NCBI GenBank assembly: GCA_951406725.2
Contig: OX597821.1
Span: 78,244,001-78,308,000 of the forward strand
DNA length: 64,000 nucleotides
Direction of reading: 5' to 3'
DNA from: Octopus vulgaris
Lineage: Eukaryota
A program made the position numbers and the translations under genes. This document shows positions 14,151-27,600 of the stretch, piece after piece. The stretch's first letter is position 1, and each line of letters starts with the position of its first letter. The notes under the pieces were generated by a model. The model worked only from the letters and a program-made list of their open reading frames with translations. It was not told the DNA's origin and made no database searches.

Positions 14151-14611
14151 TAAACAAATCAAATTGCGATAAAATAAAAATAATTATAATCGCTGGTATT
14201 ACTAACACAAGCCATATATTTTTCATATATCAGTACATTAAGGCGAAATATGTGCTAGGAATACAGAAGCTTGATAAATTAAGTGAAATGAAGATAAAAA
14301 CATTTACTAAACCGGTAATTCTCAGACTGCAGTTTCTTTCTTTTCAGCAATAAAGATAATTTATTTGCTCAGGGAGAATTCTTCAGTGAGACCCTGTTTT
14401 TCTGGGATCCTAACTCACTAGAAGCATGTGCGTCTAATGATTTACTCTCCCTAACTAATCATATCACTGCCCAGACTCCGAATGTCCCGACAAAACTAGG
14501 GAATTCTGGTATATCGCCTGGCGCTCATAATTTATCGAGAAATATGTAAACAAATCAAATTGCGATAAAATAAAAATAATTATAATCGCTGGTATTACTA
14601 ACACAAGCCAT
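14151..14611 (-). mobile_element. Retrozyme-like element: 396-bp unit with a perfect 65-bp terminal direct repeat and one hammerhead
   Basis: 14151-14215 is identical to 14547-14611; non-coding interior; hammerhead at 14320-14391; flanked by TA-rich microsatellite. Confidence 0.75.
14320..14391 (-). ncRNA. Type I hammerhead ribozyme (intact core)
   Basis: UCUCA-CUGAAGA-aUUCU..AGCAAAUAAA..UUUAUUGCU..AGAAa-GAAA-CUGCAG-UC^-UGAGA: 5-bp stem I, long stem II, palindromic stem III, GUC cleavage triplet. Confidence 0.8.
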
Positions 14612-15481
14612 TATATATATATATATATACACACACCTACACATACACACATATATACATATATACATACATATACACACATACTCACACACACACATAT
14701 ATATACATACATACACATACACATACTTATATATATATACATACACATACACATGCACATACGTATAACTCTACATACCCACATATACATATATACATAT
14801 ATACACACACATATATATATACACATATATATGTATATATACACACACATATATATACCCATCTACAATCTGTATACACACACACATACATGCACATACA
14901 CATAACTTTACATACCTACATATACATCGACATACTCGCCTACACTTATATATACATATATATATATATACACATACACATACATATATATATATATATA
15001 TACATATATAAATATATATATAAACACACATACACATATATATATACACACACACACACACACATACACATACATATATATACATATATATATACATATA
15101 TATATACATATATATATATACATATATATATATATATGTATATATATATATGTATATATATATATCAACAATTGAGGGTAAAGTTAATTAGTTATTAATC
15201 AATTTCACCAAGTATTCAGTATGTAAAAGGACCATTATTTTTTTGAGTAAACTTTGTCTGAGAGAAAATTTTCTTTAAGTAGTGGAAATGGCTAAAAAAA
15301 CTTTTTTGGCTGCTATTTCTAGAAAGTTCAGTATGTGGCAAAGTAATTTATTTTACTAAGCCCTAATTATATAATATTTTATATATACATACACATACAT
15401 ACACACATACATATACACATACATATGCATACACACATATATACATATATACATATATACATATATACATATATACATATA

Positions 15482-15521
<40 letters not shown>

Positions 15522-15649
15522 TATATATTTTTTTTTTTACATACATACACACACACACACACATAATACATGCGTATATTCCTACTATACCCATACATTT
15601 CTATACATATATACGATACACATATACAAGCGTGCACATACAATATGTG

Positions 15650-16022
15650 AAAGGTCTTAGGAGAAAAGGTAATCGGGGGTGCTAGGGGAACGGTGGGATT
15701 GGGGGGGGTTGTGGGGGGGTGTCATCAATCTGGTTGCCGGGTAGGTCTATAGTTCTTGTAGTTTGCATAATTCTTATGCATGCAATTTGGGGAGTGTTCT
15801 GAGATCTTGTTAAGGAGAGGGCCTTTGGCGAACAAGATCTCTAGGCTCTCCGAAATGCAAAGGTCACAGCAGGTATGGCCTCCTGTGTACGAACGCGCCT
15901 TCTGTAGTAGTTTCCACTTGGTCTTGAAGGGGATGGAGTTCCTTTTAAGGTACCAGATGTGGGCGGCGAGGGTAGTTTGGTTGGATTTATCCGGTCGCCG
16001 GAAAGAGTGTGTGTGGGCGTAC
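15650..16022 (-). mobile_element. Penelope-like element, C-terminal GIY-YIG fragment plus 3' flank
   Basis: [46 protein letters not shown], typical of the PLE endonuclease C-terminus; truncated at (TA)n. Confidence 0.8.
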
Positions 16023-16023
16023 C

Positions 16024-16422
<399 letters not shown>

Positions 16423-16840
16423 AGGCGCAGGAGTGGCTGTGTGGTAAGTAGCTTCCTAACCAACCACACGGTTGCGGGTTCAGTCCCACTGCGTGGCATC
16501 TTGGGCAACTGTCTTCTGCTATAGCCCCGGGCCGACCAATGCCTTGTGAGTGGATTTGGTAGACGGAAACTGAAAGAAGCCTGTCGTATATATGTATATA
16601 TGTGTATATATGTATTTGTATGTGTGTGTGTTTGTGTGTCTGTCCCCCTAGCATTGCTTGACAACCGATGCTGGCGTGTTTACGTCCCCGTCACTTAGCG
16701 GTTCGGCAAAAAGAGACCGATAGAATAAGTACTGGGCTTACAAAGAATAAGTCCCGGGGTTGATTTGCTCGACTAAAGGCGGTGCTCCAGCATGGCCGCA
16801 GTCGGATGACTGAAACAAGTAAAAGAGAAAGAGAAAGAGA
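16423..16840 (+). mobile_element. tRNA-derived SINE (family 1)
   Basis: A box TGGCTGTGTGG, B box GGTTCAGTCC, internal microsatellite; a reverse-complement copy lies at 21446-21862 and a 3' fragment at 22215-22350. Confidence 0.85.
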
Positions 16841-16846
16841 ATACAT

Positions 16847-16935
<89 letters not shown>

Positions 16936-17004
16936 CATACATATATACGTGCGTGTGTATACATACATACGTGCGTGTGTATACATATACGTGCGTGTGT
17001 ATAC

Positions 17005-20000
17005 AAACCTGAATAAAAATAAAAATAGAAACACACCATGCTGCAGTAATGCTGGTCCAGTCTTTTCAGGAAGACACAAAAACAACAACAACAAAAGTGC
17101 AAACTACAACCCTATCCAACAGTAGAACCACACCTCCAGCCAAAAACTGCTCCCTAAGCATGAAAATTCTTTTTTAGCCATGTTGAACATGGCAAAAGAG
17201 ATACACAAAAACATTCTAGCCATCACTCAACACCATCCTATGCTATTACCCCAGTGCACCAATTCCCCACATTGCTGCCACTAACATACACAAAAAATCC
17301 AAGCCCCCTGCAACAGTCAAAACCAGCCACTACACTAACCTCCACATTCCTACTCAATGCACAAGGTGTCAGCCCTTCCATCAATGCACAAAAATGGAAG
17401 GTCCAATTCATTGAAGACTGGGTTGGTAACCATTCACACCACATCCCTTTCTTCATTCTCACTGAGACCCACCTTGACAACTCCCACTTGGAAGCCGAAG
17501 TGAGAGTGAAGAATTTCACAACCATCCGCGCGGATCGTATCGGCAGGAGGAAGGGTGGAACTGCCATTTTCCTGCATGATTCATTTACGGCAGATGGAAA
17601 TAGTATATTCTCCAACGGCTACTGTGAATCAGTCACCGTGCACAACAAAGCCAATGACCTGACAGTAATTGGGCTCTATAGGCCGCCCCAAACACCCATA
17701 CTGTGCTTTAAAGAATGCCTCAACAGCATTAAGTGCTTTATTCAACAGTGCCATTCTAGCAACATACTCATGATGGGAGACTTCAATCTACCCTGTGTTG
17801 ACTGGACTACAAACTGTTTGAAACCAAGCACTCCCGCCTCAACCGCTGACAAAGAAGCAGCAGAGTCACTTTTCGACTTTACGAATGAGTTTTTCTTGTC
17901 CCAACTTGTCCTTGCACCAACAAGACATCAGAACATTTTAGACCTAGTGTTTAGTAACCACACTAACACTATACATAACGTTACAGTGGAAAAAACCCTT
18001 CTTTCAGACCATGACATGGTTCTCTGTAACATGAAATTCCACCAGCCGAAAGCTAATCCTAGTGACCTCCCTCCAGCCCACCCATTTGACAACATGGATC
18101 TCCATAATGCCAACTGGGATGCAATCAGGAACGAGCTATCACATGTTGACTGGTCCTTTACACATACACACATCTCCACCAACCATAAAACATCTTGGCA
18201 GATCTTTGTAGACACCGTCACAGACATATGTGCAAAACACTCCCCACCAAGACCTGTGAACAAAAAGTGCAGAATCCCCCAAAACAGAAAAACCATTATC
18301 AGAAAAATAAAAAGAACAAACAAAAAAATTAACAAACTAAAGTACTGCCAACAGCAACACACACATTCGACGGCTATCGCACTGCTTGAATCCAAAAAAT
18401 ATAACCTCCAACAATGCATGAAGACCCTCATCAATAACCAAAGATCAGCTGAGGAGAAGTGGGCCATTGAAAAAATCAAACTCAACCCCAAAGTGTTCTT
18501 TTCATTTGCGAGGAAACGCAGGGTCACTGTCTCCACTGTTGGCCCTCTAATTGACGAAACTGGCACTCTCCAAGATAATGCCAAATCCATGGCCGAGATA
18601 CTGCAGAAACAATACTGCTCTGTTTTCAGCAATCCTGATATGGCCGATCTGGGCTGTATCAGTGATGTCAACCCCCAACACACTATATCGGACATAACGT
18701 TTAGTGCCCCTGATGTCTTAGCGGCGATAAACGAAATAAAACACAATTCAGCAGTAGGCCCCGATAGGTTTCCTGCTTGTGTCCTGAAGGTGTGTCGACA
18801 CCAACTTGCATCTCCCCTTGCTAATCTGTGGAGAAACTCACTGGATGCTGGCTATATTCCAAAAAACTTTCTGTCCTAGTATGTTGTCCCAGTTTTCAAA
18901 AAGGGAAATAAGTCCCTTGCAGTGAACTACCGTCCGATCTCACTCACCTCTCATATCATCAAGGTATTTGAGAGGGTGGTAAGATCTCGAATAACCCAAT
19001 TTCTGGAAAGCAACAGACGGCTGATCTCCAACCAACATGGGTTCCGTAATGGAAGGGACTGCCTAACGCAGCTCCTGCATCACTTTGATGACATTTTGAG
19101 AGCTTTGGGAGAGGGCTCCAACACCGATGTCATCTACCTTGATTTCAGTAAGGCCTTCGACAGGGTCGATCACAAGATCCTATTGAAAAAACTATCCAAC
19201 ATTGGTGTCTCTGGAAAGTTACTGAAATGGATCAAGTGTTTCCTGACAGACAGATCTCAACATGTTGTAGTTGAAGGGGTAAAATCAAGCCCAGCCAAAG
19301 TCAGTAGTGGCGTTCCGCAAGGCACTGTGCTGGGCCCACTTCTTTTCATCATTTACATTAATGACATTAATGACATCATCAAGCACAGCAACATAAAAAT
19401 TTTTGCAGATGATTCCAAGCTACAGAAGGTCATAAATGAGGCGAGTGACCGGACATGCCTTCAGTCAGATCTACTGGCTGTTATCCAATGGGCAGAAAAA
19501 AACAATATGCTGCTGAACGAGGATAAATTTGAGTTAATCCACTTTGGAAAAGAGGATGCCCTGAAACTCCCATACTCCCTTCCTTCAGGTGAAACTCTCG
19601 CAGCGTCCAACAACATCAGAGACTTGGGAGTAATTGTGGACAACAACATAAGCTGGGCCACTCATATAAACACCAAAGTTGACATGGCCCGCAGAATGTG
19701 TTCCTGGATTCTCAGAACTTTCCAGTCGAGAGATATCCACACCATTATCCTTCTCTTCTCCACTTTTGCCCGACCCCACCTTGAATACTGTTGTCCACTG
19801 TGGTCTCCCCACACAATACAAGGTATCATAAAAGTTGAAGCACCTCAAAGGGCAATCACAAAAAAGATAGATGGCATGACAGGCCTCGACTATTGGGGTC
19901 GACTAGAAAAGCTAAAACTTTATTCTCTCCAACGTCGTCGTGAGCGCTACATCATCTGCATGATGTGGAAAATATTCCATCAGCATTGCCCAAATGATGT

Positions 20001-20380
20001 TGGCATCACCTTCAGGGTACATCCAAGGCTTGGGCCCCGTGCCATCCGCCCAAAACAAAAATCGCACTCTCATCTCATAACAACAATACGGCACAATTAT
20101 TTCACCTCAATTGGCCCCGCTCTCTTTAACATTACACCAAAACACATTAAAACAGAAACTGACCCTATAGGGTTCAAGAAGTCTTTGGACAGATTCCTTC
20201 AAGAAATCCCGGATAAACCCCCTACACCCGGATATGTCTCTGTAAACAATAACTCTCTACTTGAGTGGGCCATAGTGCCCAAATTCTGACTTGAAAGACT
20301 TCACCAGGTGGTGCTATTAAGTTAGACATGGCCTGGGCCAATAATGGCCGAAACCTATCAAAGTATCAAAGTATCAAAGT
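17005..20380 (+). mobile_element. CR1/L2-type LINE, 5'-truncated, with near-intact ORF2 and a (TATCAAAG)n tail
   Basis: APE motifs (LTETHL, LYRPP, MGDFNLP, SDH) and RT motifs (NYRPISLTS, QHGF, YLDFSKAFD, PQGTVLGP, FADDSKL); 3' tail TATCAAAG x3. Confidence 0.95.
17254..20289 (+). pseudogene. LINE ORF2 (APE-RT), about 1010 codons, broken by a single in-frame TAG at 18877-18879
   Basis: ORFs 17254-18879 and 18922-20289 are in the same frame; the junction reads FLS*YVVPVFKKGNKSLAVNYRP. Confidence 0.9.
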
Positions 20381-20400
20381 ATATATATATATATATATAT

Positions 20401-21010
20401 ATTGTAGAGGATCTAAAGACCAGAAATCAGCGCTTGATGGAACTGAAAGAATTTCTGCTCAAACAAAAATGCCCGTCCCTACTTATAGAAAATGGTATTC
20501 AGCGGGCTATGAAAATACCCATATATTAACTGAGGACACCATAAAGAAGAGAAAAGCAAGAACAAATCATATCATTTATAGTGACACACAATCCGTGCCA
20601 CCAGAACATCTTCAATATCGCTAAAGCAAACATATCAATCATTGCACAAAGTAAAGAATTGAGAAATATCATTACAGATCAAACTTTAACTCACAGTAAA
20701 AGACAGCCTAAAAGCTTGAAAAAGTTATTAACAAAGGCAAGGTTTGACTTTAGCAACAAAGATCAACCATTCACTGTGTCTAAATGCAACGATAGCCAAT
20801 GCAGTACATGCCAATTAATTTATACTGGCCCATAAATGAACACAAAAACAAGGGAAAATATTCACAAACGTGAACATGAACTGCAAAAGTAGAAATTTAA
20901 TCTACTGTGAAGAACTGTATTTTGGCCAGACAGGTAATGCACTATCAGAACCCTCGCGTGTGCATTGACAACAAATTAAGAACCCAGAAGTCCACCAAAT
21001 ACCATGTCTC
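20401..21010 (+). mobile_element. Penelope-like element remnant (RT C-terminus/linker and GIY-YIG N-terminus)
   Basis: RLMELKEFLLKQKCP..THNP..SKRQPKSLKKLLTKA..CNDSQCSTC..MNCKSRNLIY..YFGQTG. Confidence 0.85.
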
Positions 21011-21445
21011 TTGTCTGAAGTAATGAAAAAAAAAACCAATTATATTTGTTTGATATGTACTATTTCCATTAGAAAATTGCATTAAAACTATTGTTTTAGG
21101 TACAAAAATGTAACTAGATCACCATTCACCAGAAATAGTCATTTACCCGTGTAAAATCATTATAACGGTATGTTGAAAAGAAATAAGCTAAACTCATGAC
21201 AAATCGATCATCAATGATTATCTTTTGACTCGATGTTAATTTGTGTTTCGTATTCAGCAACCGGAATTAAATATTACCATTTCATTAGCTTTAAATTTAT
21301 CGACGACTTAATGTCTCAGCGTCTGTAAGACTACAAAGATATTTCTTGTCCCAACTTGTAACTTCTTTTAAATTGATGGACTTTTTTTTTTATTCCAGTT
21401 TCTTTATATATGTATGCATGTAAGCATATATATTTATATATATAT

Positions 21446-21642
21446 ACTCTTTTACTCTTTTACTTGTTTCAGTCATTTGACTGCGGCCATGCTGGAGCAC
21501 CGCCTTTTAGTTGAGCAAATAGACCCCAGGGCTTATTCATTGTAAGCCCAGTACTTATTCTATCGGTCTCTTTTGCCGAACCGCTAAGTGACGGGGACGT
21601 AAACACACCAGCATCGGTTGTCAAGCAATGCTAGGGGGACAA

Positions 21643-21697
<55 letters not shown>

Positions 21698-21862
21698 TAC
21701 GACAGGCTTCTTTCAGTTTCCGTCTACCAAATCCACTCACAAGGCATTGGTCGGCCCGGGGCTATAGCAGAAGTCACTTGCCCAAGATGCCACGCAGTGG
21801 GACTGAACCCAGAACCATGTGGTTGGTTAGCAAGCTACTTACCACACAGCCACTCCTGCGCC
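21446..21862 (-). mobile_element. tRNA-derived SINE (family 1)
   Basis: Reverse complement of 16423-16840. Confidence 0.85.
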
Positions 21863-21894
21863 TATTGTACCATATATATACAATAAAATAATAA

Positions 21895-22132
21895 ATGTGC
21901 CCTTTTAAAGCCTAGCGAGGCTCATGGGCCCAGTTTCCCGGTTTCAGTGGCGTATGTGTTCCCCAGCTGTACGGGACGTCAGTCCATCGCAGTGTTGCTC
22001 AATTTTGCCAGCTGAGTGAACTGGAGCAACGTGAAATGAAGTGTTTTGCTGAAGAACACAACGCGTCGCCCGGTCCTGGAATCGAAACCACAATCATTAT
22101 GCTGACACCCTAACCACGAAATCACGCCCCTC

Positions 22133-22136
<4 letters not shown>
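21895..22136 (-). mobile_element. tRNA-derived SINE (family 2)
   Basis: Minus strand GTGGTTAGGGTG..GGTTTCGATTCC (A/B-box-like), then GTGTTCTTCAGCAAAACACTTCATTTCAC; related heads occur at 52351 and about 60690. Confidence 0.7.
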
Positions 22137-22174
<38 letters not shown>

Positions 22175-22384
22175 AAATACACACACACACACATATATAT
22201 ATATATACATATATCGATTCGGCAAAAGAGACCGATAGAATAAATACAGGGCTTACAAAGAAGTCCTGGGGTCGATTTGCTCGACTAAAGGCGGTGTTCC
22301 AGCATGGCCACATTCAAATGACTGAAACAAGTTAAAGAATAAAAAGAGTAAAAGAGTATACACACACATATATATATATATATG

Positions 22385-23665
22385 AAAAATTAATAAATAA
22401 ATAAAACATATGCATATATACATACATATATGTACGTACCTACCTCTACATGTATATATACATGCATATATGGGTACAGGACACCAAAAACAAAACGTCG
22501 AACACAATGAGAAACGAAAACATAAACACAAAACCAAGGAAATGGACATGTATCACCTTGACCTTCGAAACGTGGAATAGATGAAACAAAGGTGACTGAA
22601 GAAGGGGAATTTTCCTTGTTTTGTATGTCCTGTACTCTATTTTTTCGTTGTTGAACAAAAATGTCCATTTCCTTGGTTTTGTGTTTATGTTTTCGTTTCT
22701 CATTGTGTTCGACGTTGTTTTGGTGTCCTGTACCCATATATGCATGTATATATACATGTAGAGGTAGGAACGTACATATATGTATATATGCATGTGTTTT
22801 ATTTATTTATTAATTTATTATATGACGGAACGCACGCATCCATTTCTAAGTAAGATTGTTCTTAATATTAATAATGATGCGCACTCTTAACCTTTCTCTC
22901 CCCCTCCCTTTCTCAGCCTTCATTCTTTTGGCTTTCCTTTTCTTCTACCTTACTGTCTCTCCCTCTCTCTCTCATTTTTCATTCTTTTCTCTACAACCAT
23001 TCCCTTATTTTCTCTCCCTTTCTCTTACTCCTCCTCCTCCCTCCCGTCGTTGACCCGCGACGAGAACTCTGCTACTGTCTTTCTTCTCCTGGCTACCTTC
23101 AAGTAGAGACGGCACATCTGTTGCTCCCTCGCCGTTCTAAAAAAATAACGTTCGTAAATTTTTTTATCTCGTTCGGCTTAACAGCACTTCTTGTTTGTGT
23201 TACTGTTATTCTCCATGTCCTGTCTTTTACTGTTTATATTTCGTACTGTCGTTACTGTCCTGTTTTTGTTACCATTTTTACCCCTCCGCAAAAAATCTCA
23301 AATTTTGTTTAATTTGATTTTCGCGGGAAGGATTGTTTCATTAAAGTCACGTATTGCCTTGACATTGGAAACGTGGAGTAGATGAAACAAAGGCGACTGA
23401 AGAAGGGGAATTTTCTTTGTTTAGCATGTCCTGTACTCTATTTTTTCGTTGTTTAAGAAAAATGTCCATTTCCTTGGTTTTGTGTTTATGTTTTCGTTTC
23501 TCATTGTGTTCGACGTTTTTTTTGGTGTCCTGTACCCATATATGCATGTATATATACATGTACGTACATATATGTATGTATATATGCATATGTTTTATTC
23601 ATTTATTAATTTATTATATGACGGAACGCACGCATCCATAGCTAAGTAAGATCGTTCTTAATATA
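22385..23665. mobile_element. Non-autonomous Penelope-like element: two direct pseudo-LTRs (about 22550-22870 and 23351-23665) plus an inverted partial copy (about 22385-22549)
   Basis: Direct repeat with a period of about 800 bp; 22385-22549 is the reverse complement of about 22661-22815; non-coding CT-rich interior. Confidence 0.75.
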
Positions 23666-24099
23666 CATATATATACATATACACACATATACATACATAT
23701 ACATATATATATATATTAATAAGGAAAGGAAACGGAGAGTTGCGGATGTATAGTTAATTTATCTGTATTAAAGTTTTGAAGTTAAAATTTAGGAACAAAC
23801 ATATTTTAAAAATGTACAAAAGAAACTGAAAAAAAATCCATATGTGAAATTCAATATTAAGAAATAGTTATCATTTTAAATTTCATGGCGTAGAATTAAG
23901 CAACCTTCGCTTTATAGAAAAAAAAGCATAGGGTTGGCTTTAGTGGTGTTGATCCTAAAGACAAATTTACAAAGTATTGAATGTATGTATCGGCTATCAT
24001 CAGCGATAATGTGAACCCATAGCTAAGAAGAAGGTCCTTAACATTGGATTTGACCCAAATTCTCCATTTACTTGAAGAACAACTGGAAATAGTATTTTG

Positions 24100-24570
24100 A
24101 TGAATGTTTCATCTTTTGGAACAAAAATCAAAAAGACCCCGGAATTCTCCATTCCTTCTAAATAGACTAGATACCTTACGAAATTTGCAACAGAATAGCA
24201 AAGAACTGCCATTTTGGCGAAAGCAAGATAAAGTATATCTTTTCTATACACCAACAGTCGTACAACAAAACTTTTGTTCTTTCAATCCCTCACATAGGGA
24301 AAATAGAAAATACTTACTTAATAAGGCAAAGCGGGTCCGTATTTTACGGCATGAGAGATTACAAGAATTACAAGAATTAAATATATTTCTAGGAAAACAA
24401 AAATACCCGCTTAGACTTATTCATTTAGGTATTATCAAAGGGGAAAGCATTCAAACAACAGAACGCAGAAGAGAAATGAACTCATAAGCATTCTCGAACC
24501 CGGAAAAGTACAACATTCTCCGACCAGATGAACTAAAACATTCTCAATACTGAAAAGAGATACCTCCAGA
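24100..24570 (+). mobile_element. Penelope-like RT C-terminal remnant
   Basis: KELPF..YTPT..AKRVRI..RLQEL..FLGKQKYPLRLIHLGI, similar to the 20401 remnant. Confidence 0.6.
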
Positions 24571-25048
24571 TTGCCCAACAATCCTCATACATACATACAT
24601 ATATACATACATACATACATACATACATACATACATACATACATACATACATACATACATACAAAAATACCCTGTTGTTGATGCTGAAATTCCTATGAAG
24701 GAATCGTAAATCTAGGTTGGGAACCAACTCTTTCTCTATTGGCAAGAAATCTTGAAATACATTGAACAAAGGCATACATACTTATATGTATATATCTGTG
24801 TCTGCAAATATGCATGCACACACCCACACGCACACACACACACACATAAAGGATCAAAAATATTTCCCAAGCTCTAGGCTCATAAGGCGGGTTTCTCCGT
24901 ATTCTGTAGTTTATATGTTCTCCAGCCTTTGACAAGACGCCGGTCCGTCGAAGGATTAGTTTTATAATCTAATATAAAGAGACAAGATAACGCCGTATCG
25001 CAAAATCATCTCGAATATCATATTATATAACAGCATATATATATATAG

Positions 25049-25117
<69 letters not shown>

Positions 25118-25122
25118 TATAT

Positions 25123-25216
<94 letters not shown>

Positions 25217-25220
25217 CATA

Positions 25221-25581
25221 GTGTACATTTCAACACAAGAGAAAACTACCTTTAACCGGTAATTTTTACACGCTAGAAGAAGCAGTCAAAATGACCAAAA
25301 TCACATTTAAGAGCATTTTTTGAAGCGAATGAAAAATAAAAACTCTTACCTTGTTATTTTTTGCGGTTATATCTAGGTTTCAGATTTCTTTAGCAAATAA
25401 ATAAGAAATCTGAAACCTAGGTATAACCGTAAAAAATAATAACAAGGTAAAAGTTTTTATTTTTCATTCGCTTCGAAAATTGCTCTTAAATGTGGTTTTG
25501 TTCGTTTTAACTGCTCCTTCTAGCGTGTAAAAAATACCTATACCTGTTAAAGGTAGTGTTCTCTTGTGTTGAAATGTACAC
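25221..25581. mobile_element. MITE-like foldback element (about 170-bp arms, 12-nt loop)
   Basis: GTGTACATTTCAACACAAGAGAA...CTAGGTTTCAGATTTCTT-tagcaaataaat-AAGAAATCTGAAACCTAG...TTCTCTTGTGTTGAAATGTACAC. Confidence 0.85.
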
Positions 25582-25829
25582 CATTTTATATTGAGAATAT
25601 GTTGTCCATTGACTTTTCCTACATGCTAGGCCACTGATGATGAAATTACTAAACATATTCTCCATCCTATATATATGAAGTTCTAAGTTATGCAAAAGTG
25701 GAATTGAAGCAATTATTAAAATGGTTGAAATATTATTTAGAACTACGTAAATTTATATCGAATATATAAACGTAGGAACTGTTAATTTACAAAATCTAAT
25801 AAAAAGTTTCTAAAAAGTACAATAAGAAA

Positions 25830-26010
25830 TAGGCGTTGACCTGCTACAATCGTTAGCACGTCGGGCAAAGCGCTTAGCGGTATGTAGCACGTCCTTACAT
25901 TCTGAGTTCAAATTCCGCTGAGGCTGACTTTACCTTTCATTGTTTCGGGGTCGATAAAATATGTACGAATTGAGTACTGCGGTGGATGTAACCGATTTAA
26001 CTACTCTTGC
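25830..26010 (+). mobile_element. SINE (family 3), diverged
   Basis: CGTTAGCACG..TTCTGAGTTCAAATTCCGC..TTTCGGGGTCGAT, shared with copies at 29914, 47795 and 55582. Confidence 0.75.
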
Positions 26011-26589
26011 ACAAGAGTATAAAAATCTGCATTTTCTGCCAAGCAATGTCATACTAGTGTGGAAAAGTAGGTTCATCAAAACCAGTATCACCTCAACCGC
26101 GAATTTACGGCCTCCTCATCAGACCGTGCTAGGTGGAGAAAACCTGCTGAAGCTTTCGTCCAGAAGTGGACTGTATATAAGCAGTCCAATTCAATAATAT
26201 AAGATACAATGAAAATTATTGTTCGGGAACTGGTAAATAAAGAGAAAATACAAAATAACTGTATGATCTGTGAGTAAATCTAAGAATTGCCAGATATAAA
26301 TTAAGGGAAACTTAAAAGGCAGAGGATTGAAAAGGCTGGATCGCAGAGATTGAAAAATTTAATGTTAAAATTAGTTAAAGTGATAAAGTTAACAATATTA
26401 GTGGAGGATGAATAGACAAAGGGTACATTTTGAAATACAGAACTGCAACATCTTGATGAGGATTTTTGCAGCATTGACTTCATCCCAGAATACAAAACAA
26501 GTCTCGCCTTCATTTCATCAATACACTCATGTAGTTTTACCACACCTCTTCCGACAGCATTAAAAAAAAGCCATCTATCAAGTGTAAAA

Positions 26590-27600
26590 TAAAAATAATC
26601 AAACTGAAATCCGTCAATATATTAAACGTGCTGAAGATATGTATAAAGATCTCTGGCTTGTTTTGACTAGTTTATTTGTGAACATTGTTGATCAGAAGTG
26701 GATATTGATTGTTAAAACTATTTTACGAAGCTGATGATAAGACTGGCAACTTTCATATTAAAGCGTTTTGAATAGTAAAACAGAAAATCACAGGTTGAAA
26801 AATTTGATCAAGAAAATTTTAATTACTTGGTGATTATTTTAGGAATTGTAGGAAAAGTAAATTCAAGTCTGTGTCCCTACTTTACAAAGGTGGAATAAAG
26901 CTGGTGATATTATTTTAAGAACACATCATTATTCCCGAAGCCAGTGTAAAATAAATCAACCGGATTTACAAAATTTGCCAAGGCTTCCTATTTTTATTCG
27001 TCATTTATCAGGAGCAAGAGAAAAGAAATTTAATATCAACACGTTTGTCAAACTTGGAAAAAAGAAAAAGCAAAGCTTGTTTAAATATTAATTATTTCTG
27101 AGGTTCGCTTAGAAAGTCTGTAAGAGCAATGATTCTTAAAGGTAAGTGAATTTAATATTAATATGGATTGAAATTGTTTCTACTATTCCGTGTTTTCGAA
27201 ACTACCATTGCATATATTGAAAGTATTTTGCATCAGTTTGTTTTTCTCCTCAGAAATTGTATTTGTAAACTTGTTTTTTTTTTCTCTTAAAGTTATATTT
27301 AATGTATTCAACTCGCACGAGCAACATAAACTGCTTAAGATTAATGTTGCTTTCTATGTCAGTTCGTGTCAGTTCTGCTGGAAGATCTTTTCCAAAACTG
27401 ACTTTTCTTGAACCTCGTGGAAATTGATGGTGAACACCTTTTGAGGACTGCGTCTGAGGTTCTTGACATAATATTTTTCTGGAGTGTATTATGATAAATA
27501 AAGTTATGAGTTAAGGTCTGACATAAAATAATATTTGCATATTGTGTAATCACTATCATCCATGAACAGCAGATGGGTTTCTTTGGTGGTTAGTGTAAAT
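26590..27600 (+). pseudogene. Putative third, inverted and decayed paralog of the PAN-protein gene (upstream region, exon 1, possible exon 2 relic)
   Basis: ATGATTCTTAAAG|gtaagtgaatttaatatta at 27129-27141 mirrors ATGAATCTCAAAG|gtaagtgaattaatatta of paralog B. Upstream motifs TTTACAAAGGTGGA, CAGAAGTGGATATTGAT and TCAATATATT are conserved in order. Downstream frames carry stops and frameshifts. Confidence 0.5.

Noticed and set aside
17928-18746. 272-aa minus-strand ORF
   Set aside because: Antisense shadow of LINE ORF2.
22555-22610. Possible permuted hammerhead (GAAACGT...CTGAAGA)
   Set aside because: No stem I, a UG at the cleavage position and a poor stem II.
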